A stretch of DNA of 64,000 bases from an uncultured bacterium (GCA_903894565.1 CAITQP010000009.1:8576-72575), one strand, 5' to 3'; positions 1 through 10,591 are shown, counted from the first letter of the stretch. Translations and numbers: made by a program. Notes: a model not told the origin generated them from the letters alone.

Positions 1-2
1 TC

Positions 3-1088
3 ATTTACTTTGTGCTCGTCTGCTTCTTTTGGTTTGCCTCCAAACACAAGCTCTTTGCCAACACGCAAAAATTCAAACCCAATCTGTCGTCCAATACTGC
101 GGGCGGTTTTAACCGAATAGCCACTCTTTACGTCTTCGAGCACGAGATGAAAGCGATGCATCAATGCATCATCTTCCGGACAAAGTACAAACTGAATTGA
201 CGCTCCCTCCCCTTGTGCTTTCAGCTTACTAAATGCATTCAAAATAATATTCATTGGATCGTGATCAAATGAATCATATGTTTTGATTGGAAAAATATCG
301 TGCTCGGCAAATTTAGCGTATGAAGCAACGGCGGTTTCGCGACCTTCAGCAAACACATTGTAATCATCTGTAACCTCGACGAGCTTTGCATCAGGCTGAA
401 CAGCAAGCAACTGTTTTTCAAACAAATCTACTTTACCGCTCGGGATCGAAGCATAAATAACAAACTGTTCGCCGTTGTTTGAAAGCGCAATCTCAAGAGT
501 GAAGTGACTCTTGTCTTTGTTCTCGCGGCCAAAGCCAATCGAATGCATTCCGGCATAAAACTGTTCCATTGCTGACAGTAGTTCCTTGAGCCCTTTTTTC
601 TTGCCTTCGTCGACTTCAGGGAGTGTCACTTCAAACAAACGAGTATCGAGTGCACGATACAACACTGTTGATTCTTTCAATCCGGGGACCTTCCCTGTTG
701 ACTGAAGATACTGAACGAGAAACCGATGAAAATCATCAGCGACGTGAGGATTCTCCATCCCATCAACAATATCAAGTGCGTTTTTAATTCCATTTTCTAG
801 GAGCATTCCGAGAAGCTCTTCCATGATTGAGTCATGTGGCTCAGGTTTCAATCGAAGAACAAGCGCCTCCTGCTCTGAAGAAGTCAGCTTGTGTCCAGGG
901 GCAAGAACATCCTTTGAATCCATCCCCCGGTACGCCTGGATTGTCTCGCTAGCAATCTTTTCTTTATCCGGAGTTTTCCCTTGGAGGGATAACGCACGCT
1001 CTTGTTTTTCGAGGTGGGCGCGAAGGTATGCGACTTCTTCCTCGGGAGATTTGAACTGAGGTATGTTCTTGGCTTCGAATGATTCCAT
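3..1088 (-). CDS. N-terminal part of a large protein (runs off the window); probably the CPR VirD4/TraG-like coupling ATPase family
   Basis: Not in the ORF track because it has no stop in the window. Manual translation from ATG 1088 is open to the edge: MESFEAKNIPQFKSPEEEVAYLR...AMEQFYAGM...FTLEIALSNNGEQFVIYASIP...DDYNVF...FPIKTYDSFDHDPMNIILNAFSKL. The family call is recalled similarity; the ATPase domain is not visible. Confidence 0.55.
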   Translation of the reverse strand, partial: MESFEAKNIPQFKSPEEEVAYLRAHLEKQERALSLQGKTPDKEKIASETIQAYRGMDSKDVLAPGHKLTSSEQEALVLRLKPEPHDSIMEELLGMLLENGIKNALDIVDGMENPHVADDFHRFLVQYLQSTGKVPGLKESTVLYRALDTRLFEVTLPEVDEGKKKGLKELLSAMEQFYAGMHSIGFGRENKDKSHFTLEIALSNNGEQFVIYASIPSGKVDLFEKQLLAVQPDAKLVEVTDDYNVFAEGRETAVASYAKFAEHDIFPIKTYDSFDHDPMNIILNAFSKLKAQGEGASIQFVLCPEDDALMHRFHLVLEDVKSGYSVKTARSIGRQIGFEFLRVGKELVFGGKPKEADEHKVN

Positions 1089-1146
1089 ATCAATCTATTA
1101 TATCCCACAGATTGATTTATTTCACGGAACATACGACAATAGGGGT

Positions 1147-1524
1147 ATGAAGAAAACTATCGGAAATCATGAGTGGAAGAAATTGGCAGAAAAAAACGCC
1201 AAACATTTGGCAAATCTCCATATTGAAACACATAATGCAAAAAAGATTGCCGAGGTCTTCAAAGACATCTCAACGGTTACCGCCCTCGAATATCTCTTTG
1301 AACAGGCCGAAAAATATCGTAAAGAAAGCAAACATACCAAAGTCGCTACAATCCTCGAGGCGGCCAATTTGATCGACCGATCCACGGGGCTCGCAACTGA
1401 AATAACACTCAAATCAAAAGGCTCAGGCAAAAACCAAGACAGCGAACTCTACGTTCGCCGCTACACTCCCACTGAAATTTTTGAGGAACCGATCACCTAT
1501 CGCGAAATCATCGAAGAAGCATAA
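1147..1524 (+). CDS. hypothetical protein (~125 aa)
   Basis: Fills the gap between the divergent gene and map; ATG 1147 (MKKTIGNHEW) follows AGGGGT. Confidence 0.6.
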   Translation: MKKTIGNHEWKKLAEKNAKHLANLHIETHNAKKIAEVFKDISTVTALEYLFEQAEKYRKESKHTKVATILEAANLIDRSTGLATEITLKSKGSGKNQDSELYVRRYTPTEIFEEPITYREIIEEA

Positions 1525-1534
1525 ACTTTACTTT

Positions 1535-1679
1535 GTCGGTTGGTATAAAAATACGCCCTTTGGCTTGTCTGCGAAATCTTGCTCGCGTAATAGATTTTTG
1601 TGCTTTATATTCTTTGCTTTGAAACCGCTCGCTCGGTCAGTCCTCGACTGCGCCAAAGGGGTATTTTTTACCAACCGAC
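1535..1679. repeat. long-armed inverted-repeat element (family C, single copy here)
   Basis: Arms GTCGGTTGGTATAAAAATACGCCCTTTGGC ... GCCAAAGGGGTATTTTTTACCAACCGAC around an ~85-nt core, between convergent genes. Confidence 0.7.
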
Positions 1680-1700
1680 GTGGTAATTCTGTATTCACAA

Positions 1701-2474
1701 TTAGACAAGAGTCAATATTTCGTACCCTGTGTCGGTAATGAGTACTGTGTGCTCGAAATGGGCGGCTGTTGAGCCGTCAATTGTTTTAAGCGTGTAGCCA
1801 TCCCCTGTCTCGTCAACGTGTTCTGTGCCAAGTGTGAGCATTGGTTCGATAGCGATAATCATTCCTGGGACGAGTGGATCACCTGTGTGCGCCTTTCCAT
1901 AGTTTGGAATATATGGATCCTCATGAATTGCTTTGCCAACACCGTGACCTGCAAGCACTTTGATGATGCCGTATTTACCATGCTTTTTCGCGTATGAGGA
2001 AACAGCAAATCCAATATCACCAACTCGTGCACCCGGTTTTATCGCCTCGATTCCCTCGTACATTGATTGTTCAGTAACGGAGAGAAGTTTCTGTTTTTCT
2101 TTTGTGAGTGTGCCGACGCCAACTGTGACCGCGTGATCAGTAAAAAGTCCTTTGTGATTGAGACCAAGATCAAGCGACACAACATCACCTTCTTTCAATA
2201 TTGTCGTATCTTTTGGAATACCATGCACGACTTCTGCATTCACGGAAACACACAATGCTGCGGGATACGCTTTGCGATGTCCGACTGGCTTATACCCCAA
2301 AAATGCAGGCGTGTCACCAAGTTTTTTGATTTCATTTTGTGCGAAGAGATCGAGCTCAGTCGCTGAAATTCCTGGGCGGACTTGTTTTGCCGTATCAGCA
2401 AGTACTTGGGCAAGTCGTCGTCCTCCTTCGCGGATAATTTCAATTTCTTTCGGTGTTTTGATGATGATTGCCAT
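1701..2474 (-). CDS. map: type I methionine aminopeptidase
   Basis: CVSVNAEVVHGIP, DLG...D, GHGVG, HEDP, IAIEPM, AHFEHTV motifs. Confidence 0.97.
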   Translation of the reverse strand: MAIIIKTPKEIEIIREGGRRLAQVLADTAKQVRPGISATELDLFAQNEIKKLGDTPAFLGYKPVGHRKAYPAALCVSVNAEVVHGIPKDTTILKEGDVVSLDLGLNHKGLFTDHAVTVGVGTLTKEKQKLLSVTEQSMYEGIEAIKPGARVGDIGFAVSSYAKKHGKYGIIKVLAGHGVGKAIHEDPYIPNYGKAHTGDPLVPGMIIAIEPMLTLGTEHVDETGDGYTLKTIDGSTAAHFEHTVLITDTGYEILTLV

Positions 2475-2477
2475 ATA

Positions 2478-3164
2478 CTATCGAATAACTGTTCCAACAA
2501 ATTCTTTCCCGTCGAGATACGCTGAAAGATTTTCCAAATTCTTACCGTTCATTACTGCAACTTCAAGCCCGAGTTCTTGTGCCATCTTGGCAGCAATCGG
2601 ATCAAACGGAGCATTGAATCCAGGATCCCATGTCTCTGGGAGCAGTTTACGGAAGTCGTCCCACGATGATGCTTTAATCGGAGTTGCGGTCGTATCTTTA
2701 CGTGGGTCCGCGGTGTAAACGTAATCAATATTTGAAAGATTGATTACGTTCTTCGCACCAAGTGATTTTGCGAGTGTTACCGCAGCTCCATCACTCGAGT
2801 GACCAGGTTCATATCCGCCACCAACGAGTACAGACTTGCCGGTGAGTGAAAGCTCCCGCGGGTCGAGGTATATCAGAGGCTCAGCAACATCTCCTATCGC
2901 GAGGCGTAACAATTCGGCATTGTATCGAGTCGTATAAATTCCGAGCCAATCGAGTTCATCATTCGATGGAGTGCGTGCTTTGCGAAGTGCGTCTTGATAT
3001 TCGCGACACAATTTTCCACCACCAGTGATGATCGCAAAGCGCTCCCCTTTTTCTGCGCGCGTACGAATGAGTGTACTAATTGCACTCACATAGTCGCCAT
3101 CAACACGGTCAGGACAAATGAGTGACCCACCGAGAGAAATGACTGTCCAAGAAATATTTTCCAT
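2478..3164 (-). CDS. pyrH: UMP kinase (archaeal-type)
   Basis: VISLGGS, ITGGGKLCREYQ, PGHSSDG, SNIDYVYTADP, APFDPIAAK. Confidence 0.92.
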   Translation of the reverse strand: MENISWTVISLGGSLICPDRVDGDYVSAISTLIRTRAEKGERFAIITGGGKLCREYQDALRKARTPSNDELDWLGIYTTRYNAELLRLAIGDVAEPLIYLDPRELSLTGKSVLVGGGYEPGHSSDGAAVTLAKSLGAKNVINLSNIDYVYTADPRKDTTATPIKASSWDDFRKLLPETWDPGFNAPFDPIAAKMAQELGLEVAVMNGKNLENLSAYLDGKEFVGTVIR

Positions 3165-3167
3165 AAA

Positions 3168-3758
3168 TTAAAAACCGAGCGCCTTTTTGATATCTTCATG
3201 CACAGCCTCGATCGACTGCGCGCCATTGATTGTGTGAAGTGTGTATCCAGACTTGGTCTTGAGTGCCTGCATCGCAGGAATGACGTTCGTCTCATATTCC
3301 CAGAATCTACGATTGATACCTTCGTCGGTATCATCAGAACGTCCGCGAAGCTTCATACGTTTGATGACTTCTTCTTTTGAAACTTCGATATATACGATCT
3401 CAACATTCTCGCGTTTGTAAAAATCCATCGCGCTCGTAAAGGCAGCTTCTTGCTCAAGTGTGCGAGGATATCCGTCGGCGATGAGATGGCAATCCGCTGT
3501 GAGTTCACGGATGAGAATATTCGTAAAGACCCCAATGGTCAAGAAATCAGGCTGAAGCTCACCACGCTCAAGTTTGGCCTTCACGAGGCTGCCTGTATAG
3601 CCATCACCGGCAGTCAATGCGCGGTATTCGTTGCCAGGGTAGGCATACACTATCTTGAGACCATCGCGCTCGGCAAGAAGCTTCTTCAAAAGCTCAACTT
3701 GAGTACCCTTCCCAGCCCCCACAATCCCAAAAAATACATAGGTTTTCGGTGCGTTCAT
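3168..3758 (-). CDS. adk: adenylate kinase-like nucleoside monophosphate kinase
   Basis: GIVGAGKGTQ P-loop, DGYPR, RGRSDD; position downstream of secY; start taken at ATG 3758. Confidence 0.88.
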   Translation of the reverse strand: MNAPKTYVFFGIVGAGKGTQVELLKKLLAERDGLKIVYAYPGNEYRALTAGDGYTGSLVKAKLERGELQPDFLTIGVFTNILIRELTADCHLIADGYPRTLEQEAAFTSAMDFYKRENVEIVYIEVSKEEVIKRMKLRGRSDDTDEGINRRFWEYETNVIPAMQALKTKSGYTLHTINGAQSIEAVHEDIKKALGF

Positions 3759-4037
3759 ATGGCTCGAATATACCATATCAAACGAGAAGTTACGAGTGCG
3801 AAAAAGGAGCTCCCTTTTTTCGTTTCGCAGCGATTTTCTTAGGGTCGAGCGTCGGCTGAAATGTGAGCTTTCGGTTCCTTCTACTTATAAATACAAAGCT
3901 TGCCCTCGGTCGTGCGTAAGCCACATATTTATACTATACTTGACAAGGTACCGTAATTACAGGGCTTAGAAGCAATGATGAAAAATGTACTCGTCATAAT
4001 ACTGGGTTTATTATTTTGAATTTAAAATAAATATTTT

Positions 4038-6216
4038 ATGGGGCACGAATCATTTGGGTTTGGTGGAATTGATGCTGTTGTTGGCAAGTCAACAGATATG
4101 GAAAAGAAAGTCCTAGTAGAGAAGCTTGAAAATTTCTTCCACGAAGGAACAGTAAATTCTAATATAGGCAGAGAATATTTGCGATTTGAGGTTGGTAAAA
4201 CACCCGAAGATTTGAAAATCATCGAAAAAGCAAATACTTCCACAAGTAAGTATAGGAGCCGGTTTAGACAGGATTTTTTTACCGTCCCTGAAAAAAATGT
4301 ACACATTTTTTTCACACCCAAAACGGATCAACCCAGAGTCAGGTAGAGGGTCCTTTGTTTCAATTGACCAAAGTGTTTTCTTGGAGAGGAGTTCTGATTA
4401 TGACAAGAATTTAGCAGCAGCGACTCATGAATTTTTGCACGCTAAATCACATAATAAACTGAAGGATAAAACATACAAAAGACTATTCGGGCTGCTAAGA
4501 AAGGGTCATCAAGTAGAGACATATCGCTCTGGCCTAATTGTCGTCAGGGAGAACGAGAGAGTCTTTGACAATCTAAATGAAGCAATAGCTGAAAATATTA
4601 CATCAAAAATATGCTGGGGTGACATAAAAAACACGTTATCTCCCGAGCAATTAAAAACTTTTGAAGAATTTTCTCAAGAATTGGGTGTAAAAATTGAAAA
4701 CCTTTATAGGTTCGGTAAAAGCGAACTAGAAAAAGGTACCCTTTCAATTCAGAATCCGTACCTGAAACAATTGCAAATATATAAAAAATTGATTGACACG
4801 GTGGCGCATAACCTAAAGATTCCTTCTGATGAAGTTGAATTTTCGTTCGAAGAAGCATTTTTTACCGGAAAGCTTCATAAAGTTGCTCACATGCTTGATA
4901 ATGCGTGTGGCGCGGGTACGTTTATGGGCCTTGCTCAGGCAGATACTTGCAGTACTCTTGATCCAGTAGAATCTTCACTTAACTCACCGACAAACCTTGA
5001 AAACTGCGTGAATCTGCTAATTTCTGAATCAACAAAAAAAGAGGCGGCGAATAAGGAGATAAAAGAAAACGCATTGAAAGATTTAAAACGATGGATGTAC
5101 GTCTACGACTATTCGAAATTTACGTGGGAGTCCATGTATGACTTTTTGAAGAAAATTAAAATTGAAATTAAAAAAGATGAGAATACCTATAATTATGACC
5201 TAAATAGCTTTGAACAAACAGAATTAACATCGTTGCTTAGAGAATTAGAAGATATTCTACTGACGCAAAAACAAAAATGGATTAGTTCTGTGGAAAAAGG
5301 AAGTAAGGAGTCCCTGCTTTTGAGTACGGGGAATTGGGATATGGGATACGACGGAAAACTTAAACCGCTAGCACAGAACCCTATACTTCTCGGCGGGGTT
5401 CATGGAAATGAAAAAACTTTGCCAGACGAACTGGACAAATTTTTGAGCTATAACAAAGAGACTGGTCAGTATAAACTTGACTCAACCAAGGCATACGTGA
5501 ACCATAAAGTAAATTCTCCGGCGCTAGGAATGGGTGTTCGTTCATATTCGACAACTGATTCTCGTGCTTCTGAGGATGCGGATATGAACCGCTCAGAGAT
5601 TGTCGACGAAGTAACAAAAAAAATAAAGGAAGAAACTTTGAGCCAAATTTCAGGATTTGAAAGGCCGTTTATTCTAGATATGCATAACGACGATAAAAAT
5701 GAAATGCCATACGCGGCTTTTACTGTTCCTGACAATTTTTCTCCAAATGATGCTATCGACGATTCATTGTTATTCAAAATAAAATTAGCAGAAGAACTTG
5801 GCTTAAAAAATTTTACTATGGTGGATCCCGAATTCGCGAATGGAACAATGGTAGGCGATGCAAAAATTAAAAATAAAAATGCTGATGGGATGATTATTGA
5901 GGTTCCCAGTAATGATACAAGCAATATGTCCGCAAAAATTGCGCTGAAATATCTTTCTATGAACAATGTTGTAACGGGACTTGGGTTCAGCAAGACGAGT
6001 GTTCCATTTCAACTTGAAAATTCCTTAAATGATTCTTTTCTTGCCGTTACAACAGATGATGAAATCGAAATCGTTTACTATAAGGTAAATAAAAACGTTG
6101 ATGAGAATCTGCACCCAAAAAATCAAGTCCCGGATAGAGAATATATGATTCGTAACAATGTACCGATAGAGGTCCAGAAACTAAAGATAAAGAATGGATT
6201 TTTCACTTCTGATTAA
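4038..6216 (+). pseudogene. frameshifted gene for an HExxH metallopeptidase-like domain fused to an M14 (AstE/AspA-like) peptidase domain; appears as ORFs 4038-4346 and 4297-6216
   Basis: Removing one T from the T7 run at 4306-4312 joins the frames (KNVHIF-SHPKRINPESGRG). Motifs: HEFLH...NEA, then GGVHGNE, DMNR, LDMH, IEV. Confidence 0.6.
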
Positions 6217-6303
6217 CAGGAAAAGTCTACACCGGATCGTATAATTATTTATCAAATTTAAGAATGTTCAGTCCCCGAAATCAAATCGACGACCGAATCG
6301 AAA

Positions 6304-6444
6304 CCGCATTTGCTTGCACAAAAAAGCCACACACTACGGGAAGGACTCTCGGAGCGCGACGGCGCGAGAGGGAGGCGACATTTCTTCGGAAATGTACGCC
6401 GGTCCTTACTGTAGTGTGTGGCTTTTGTGTGCGCGCAGATGCGG
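6304..6444. mobile_element. hairpin element family B, copy 1
   Basis: ~43-bp imperfect arms (6304-6346 / 6402-6444) around core CGGAGCGCGACGGCGCGAG-N3-AGGCG-hairpin-ACGC shared with 27674-27800. Confidence 0.75.
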
Positions 6445-6456
6445 GCAAGAACAGTC

Positions 6457-7731
6457 TTAGTACTCGTGCATCGAAATCTGAGCATCAACCTTTTTGATGA
6501 GGTCGAGAATCACAGAAACGACGATGAGAAGTGCCGTACCTCCAAGCGCAATCGAAGTGATACCAGTGACGGCACGAGCAACGAGTGGCAAGACGGCGAT
6601 GACACCGAGGAACAATGCTCCAACGAGCGTGATACGTGAGACCACACCTGAGAGATACTGTTCGGTCGAAAGACCTGGACGAATACCGGGGATGAAGGCA
6701 CCTCCCTTCTGGAGATTTTCCGCCATCTGCTGTGGATCAAACGTCACTGCTGTATAGAAGTAGGTGAAGACGAACACGAGCACGAAGTAGATGATGCCGT
6801 AGAGCCATGTCGTCTGCGAGAAATTCGCAAGCGCACGACCAATAGCAAGCAAGTGACTATTGTGAGCAAACGTCGTCATGAGATTTCCAATGAGCTGCGG
6901 CAAGAGCAAGATTGAGAGCGCGAAGATGATTGGGATCACTCCAGCTTGGTTCACACGAAGTGGAACGTACGTTGAAACTCCTCCAGTCGATCCTCCTCCA
7001 CGTACCTGACGTGCATACGTAACAGGGATTGGGCGCTCAGCTTCCGTGATCACAACAACACCAACGATGAGCGCGAGCCCAAGGATGATGAAGAGTGCGT
7101 AAAATGGAATCTGTGCGACACTGAATGTGAAGAGTGTCTGACTAATGTGTGTTGGAAGTGCGGCAATAATACCAGCGAAAATGATGACTGAAATACCGTT
7201 TGATACTCCAAATTCTGTCATCACTTCTCCAAGCCACATGAGGAAGAGTGATCCTGCAGTCACAACCACGAGACTCGTGATGAGCGCGACTGGCGCAAGA
7301 TGACTAAAGATTCCCTGCTTCTCAAGGAGCAACATGAGTCCGAGACCCTGCAAGAGCGCAAGCGGAATTGCAAGAATACGTGAGTATTGTGCAAACGTCT
7401 TACGTCCTGCCTCACCTTCGTCTTGGTTCAACGCCTTCAAGCGAGCACTCATCATCGTGAGCAACTGCATGATAATCGAAGCCGTAATGTATGGTCCAAC
7501 ACCAAGCATGATGATCGAAAGCGTCGTGAGTCCTCCTCCAGAGAAGAGGTTCAACACTCCGAAGAACTGGTTGTTCGCGAGAAATTGTGCGAGACGAGCT
7601 GGATCAACTCCAGGAACTGGAATTGTCGCAAGCAAGCGGAAGACCACGAGCAAACCAAGCATGACGAACATGCGGTTGCGCAAAGCCTTATCGCGCCAAA
7701 TGATCTTGAGCTTTGAAAAAAAAGTATTCAT
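6457..7731 (-). CDS. secY: preprotein translocase SecY
   Basis: LGVGPYITASIIMQLL, GVSNGISVIIFAGI, GVIPIIFA, FIPGIRPG, GGTALLIVV. Confidence 0.99.
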   Translation of the reverse strand: MNTFFSKLKIIWRDKALRNRMFVMLGLLVVFRLLATIPVPGVDPARLAQFLANNQFFGVLNLFSGGGLTTLSIIMLGVGPYITASIIMQLLTMMSARLKALNQDEGEAGRKTFAQYSRILAIPLALLQGLGLMLLLEKQGIFSHLAPVALITSLVVVTAGSLFLMWLGEVMTEFGVSNGISVIIFAGIIAALPTHISQTLFTFSVAQIPFYALFIILGLALIVGVVVITEAERPIPVTYARQVRGGGSTGGVSTYVPLRVNQAGVIPIIFALSILLLPQLIGNLMTTFAHNSHLLAIGRALANFSQTTWLYGIIYFVLVFVFTYFYTAVTFDPQQMAENLQKGGAFIPGIRPGLSTEQYLSGVVSRITLVGALFLGVIAVLPLVARAVTGITSIALGGTALLIVVSVILDLIKKVDAQISMHEY

Positions 7732-7747
7732 AGTGGTTCGAAAGCGA

Positions 7748-8182
7748 TTACGCTTCTACTGTTCCTCCGACTTTTTCGATTGCTGCTTTTGCTGTCGCTG
7801 AAAGCGTACAGCCTTTGACTGAGAGTTTCTTTGAAAGTGTTCCACGAGCAAGAATCTTGACGCGTGGGTTGTTTCCTCCCTTCACGCGAACAACTTTCTT
7901 TGCCATGAGTGTCTCAAGTGACACTACCTCCCCTGCATTATACGCAGTGTTGAGTGCATCGAGGTTGATTGCGTAGAATGTGTTCTGGATTGAAGCGAAT
8001 TTGTATCCGCGGAGCTTTGGGATCTTTTTGATCGCATCTCGAAGTTCTGGGCGGCGCTTGTTACCAGCACGAGCAGTCTGTCCTTTGCCTCCACGTCCTG
8101 AAGTCTTACCATGGCGTCCGCCACGGCCAAGCTGAACATGAGACTTTTCTTTTATGTTTCGTTTTACTGTATGTGTTTGCAT
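7748..8182 (-). CDS. rplO: 50S ribosomal protein L15
   Basis: GRGGRHGKTSGRGGKGQTARAG; AKAAIEKVGG; start at ATG 8182. Confidence 0.95.
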   Translation of the reverse strand: MQTHTVKRNIKEKSHVQLGRGGRHGKTSGRGGKGQTARAGNKRRPELRDAIKKIPKLRGYKFASIQNTFYAINLDALNTAYNAGEVVSLETLMAKKVVRVKGGNNPRVKILARGTLSKKLSVKGCTLSATAKAAIEKVGGTVEA

Positions 8183-8198
8183 ATATTTCTCCTCGAGA

Positions 8199-8885
8199 TT
8201 ACTTCGCGACCACAGCGGATTCTTCAGCAAGCTTTACTGTTGCAGCAGCGGCTTCAGCACGGTCAGAAGCAATCTTGTGATGGATGACTTTTGTACCGAT
8301 AGCTTCAAACGCTTTCATTGTTGCGCGAGCATTGTTGAGCTTGTTCTTTGAACCTGAGAGGATCTTTGTCGTTACATCCTTAACTCCAGCAAGGAGAAGC
8401 ATGTCACGTGTTGCACTTCCTGAGATGAGTCCGCGTCCACGGTTCGGCATGAGCATAACTCGTGCTGAAGAGAACTTTGCAGAAATATCATGTGGGAGTG
8501 ACTGTGTCTTCGTGAGCTTCAACTTGAGCATGTTTTTCTTGGCAGCCTTTTGAGCCTTTTGGATTGCCATTGATGTATCAATAGCTTTTCCGGTTCCAAG
8601 TCCTACCATTCCCTTGCGGTCACCAATAGCGAGCGCAACACTAAACGTCATACGACGTCCACCTGAGACCACACGAGTCACGCGACGAATCGCGAGAATC
8701 TTCTGGTCATACTCAGGCTTCGCGCGCTCAGTAAATGGGCGACGTCCACCTGGACGTGAGCCACCTGGGCGAGCACCTGCACCTCCTGCACCACCGCGAG
8801 AACCGCCGTATGATGAACCTCCGCGAGAAGCTCCACCACGAGCGCTTGATCCAGCTGGTTTTGTTGTATTTGTAGTTTCAGCCAT
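8199..8885 (-). CDS. rpsE: 30S ribosomal protein S5 with G/R-rich N-terminal extension
   Basis: IRRVTRVVSGGRRMTFSVALAIGD. Confidence 0.97.
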   Translation of the reverse strand: MAETTNTTKPAGSSARGGASRGGSSYGGSRGGAGGAGARPGGSRPGGRRPFTERAKPEYDQKILAIRRVTRVVSGGRRMTFSVALAIGDRKGMVGLGTGKAIDTSMAIQKAQKAAKKNMLKLKLTKTQSLPHDISAKFSSARVMLMPNRGRGLISGSATRDMLLLAGVKDVTTKILSGSKNKLNNARATMKAFEAIGTKVIHHKIASDRAEAAAATVKLAEESAVVAK

Positions 8886-8890
8886 AGAAT

Positions 8891-9238
8891 TTAGAAGTTA
8901 AGGCCACTCGCACGTGCTGCGTCGGCAAGAATTTTAACACGACCTGCGTAGCGGAAACCGCCACGATCGAAGACGACTGTAGTAATTCCCTTTTCTTTCA
9001 AAAGGCCTGCAATAGTCTTTCCAACGAATTCAGCTCCTGCAACTTTGGTTCCCTTTTGTGCGGAATCACTTGCAGCAACGAGTGTGATCTGTTTGTTGTC
9101 GTCGATAGCCTGTGCGTAGATGAATTTGTTTGAGCGGAAGACAGCGAGACGTGGACGCTTTGCGTCACCAGCGATTCGCATACGGATCTTCTTCTTCAAA
9201 CGCATGCGCTTTTCAGTTTTGATGTTTTTTGTTTTCAT
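8891..9238 (-). CDS. rplR: 50S ribosomal protein L18
   Basis: RPRLAVFRSNKFIYAQ, VVFDRGGFRYAGRV. Confidence 0.98.
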   Translation of the reverse strand: MKTKNIKTEKRMRLKKKIRMRIAGDAKRPRLAVFRSNKFIYAQAIDDNKQITLVAASDSAQKGTKVAGAEFVGKTIAGLLKEKGITTVVFDRGGFRYAGRVKILADAARASGLNF

Positions 9239-9258
9239 ACTATTTATCTATTTACTGA

Positions 9259-9795
9259 TTACGCAGCCTTCTTACCCTGCTTGCGACGGATAACCTCAGT
9301 ATCGTAACGGAATCCCTTACCCTTATATGGCTCAGGCTTTTTCATTGCGCGTACCTTGGCTGCAAATTGACCGACCATTTCTTTGTCTACACCAGTGATC
9401 GTGATGTTGTTCTTCTCAGCAGTAACCGTGAGGCCTGTTGGGATTGGGACAACGACACCGTGAGAGAATCCAAGTGCGAGGTTGAGGTCTGTACCTTTGA
9501 CTTCACTCTTAAATCCAACTCCTTCGAGAATGAGTTTCTTCGCGTATGGAGTGTTTACACCGGCAAGCATGTTTTTGACATGTGATGCGTATGTGCCCCA
9601 GAGTGCACGAGAAAAGATGTCTGAATCATTCTTTGGTTTGAGAGTGACATAGCCACCGTCAATGAGAATGATGACATCAGGTTTGACCTCGCGAGTGAGA
9701 GTGCCTTTCGGACCTGTAACTGTGAGGACACCAGCGTCGAGTTTGACCTCTGTACCGGCTGGAATTGGGATGGGTTGTTTAGCGATTCGTGACAT
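9259..9795 (-). CDS. rplF: 50S ribosomal protein L6
   Basis: MSRIAKQPI, GPKGTL, PEPYKGKG. Confidence 0.98.
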   Translation of the reverse strand: MSRIAKQPIPIPAGTEVKLDAGVLTVTGPKGTLTREVKPDVIILIDGGYVTLKPKNDSDIFSRALWGTYASHVKNMLAGVNTPYAKKLILEGVGFKSEVKGTDLNLALGFSHGVVVPIPTGLTVTAEKNNITITGVDKEMVGQFAAKVRAMKKPEPYKGKGFRYDTEVIRRKQGKKAA

Positions 9796-9800
9796 ATAAT

Positions 9801-10187
9801 TTACCAGATAGAGAACAATACCTCGCCGCCGACGTGTTCCTTGCGAGCTTCTTTGTCAGTCAGAATGCCTTTCGGAGTTGAAAGGACGAGCAATCCCTTG
9901 CCATTCTTGATTGACCTAATATCCTGCGCGCCAGCGTACATACGACGTGACGGCTTCGAGATGCGAACAACTTCATTGATTTTTGGGATTCGGTCGACAG
10001 CAATGAGAGAAACCTCAAATACTGGTCGTCCGCGACGTGATTTCTTTGTAATAGCACCGACAAAGCCTTCTTTCGAAAGTTTTTGTGCGATTGCGAGACA
10101 GAGCTTCGATTCTGGAACGACAACGACGTCGCGGAGTGCGCGATTGGCGTTTTTCATTCCTGTGAGCATATTTGATACTGGATCCAT
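9801..10187 (-). CDS. rpsH: 30S ribosomal protein S8
   Basis: DPVSNMLT, RISKPSRRMY, STPKGILTDKEAR, GGEVL. Confidence 0.98.
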   Translation of the reverse strand: MDPVSNMLTGMKNANRALRDVVVVPESKLCLAIAQKLSKEGFVGAITKKSRRGRPVFEVSLIAVDRIPKINEVVRISKPSRRMYAGAQDIRSIKNGKGLLVLSTPKGILTDKEARKEHVGGEVLFSIW

Positions 10188-10205
10188 AGATTTACTTTAG
10201 AGTGA

Positions 10206-10391
10206 TTACCAAGACGACTTACGGACGCCCGGGATCATGCCTTCATTGGCAAGTTCACGGAAACAGATTCGACAAAGTCCGAAATCACGCATAAAACCTC
10301 GACCTCGGCCACACTTAAAACAACGATTCTTCGCCCTTGTTGAGAACTTCGGCGTGCGCGTAGCGCGATATTTTGTTGATGTCTTTGCCAT
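10206..10391 (-). CDS. rpsN: 30S ribosomal protein S14 (zinc-binding type Z)
   Basis: RCFKCGR...[22 protein letters not shown]; start at ATG 10391. Confidence 0.97.
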   Translation of the reverse strand: MAKTSTKYRATRTPKFSTRAKNRCFKCGRGRGFMRDFGLCRICFRELANEGMIPGVRKSSW

Positions 10392-10514
10392 AGTGAAAAT
10401 AGGAGGCCCGCCAGCGCGTATCACGTGTTTGTTCTTTATATCCCTAGAGCAGGAGAAACCTAGGAAACTAAAGGAGAAAAACGGACGCCACTGACTTAAT
10501 CTGCCTCGACGCTC

Positions 10515-10542
10515 ATATTATCAGATTTTCGCTTCGTGTCAA
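10515..10542 (-). promoter_or_regulatory. sigma70-like promoter restarting the spc operon at rpsN
   Basis: Minus strand TTGACA-N16-TAATAT. Confidence 0.55.
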
Positions 10543-10591
10543 CTCACCTCACCCACCACGATCACTATCTTATGCAGATTACCACATTCTA

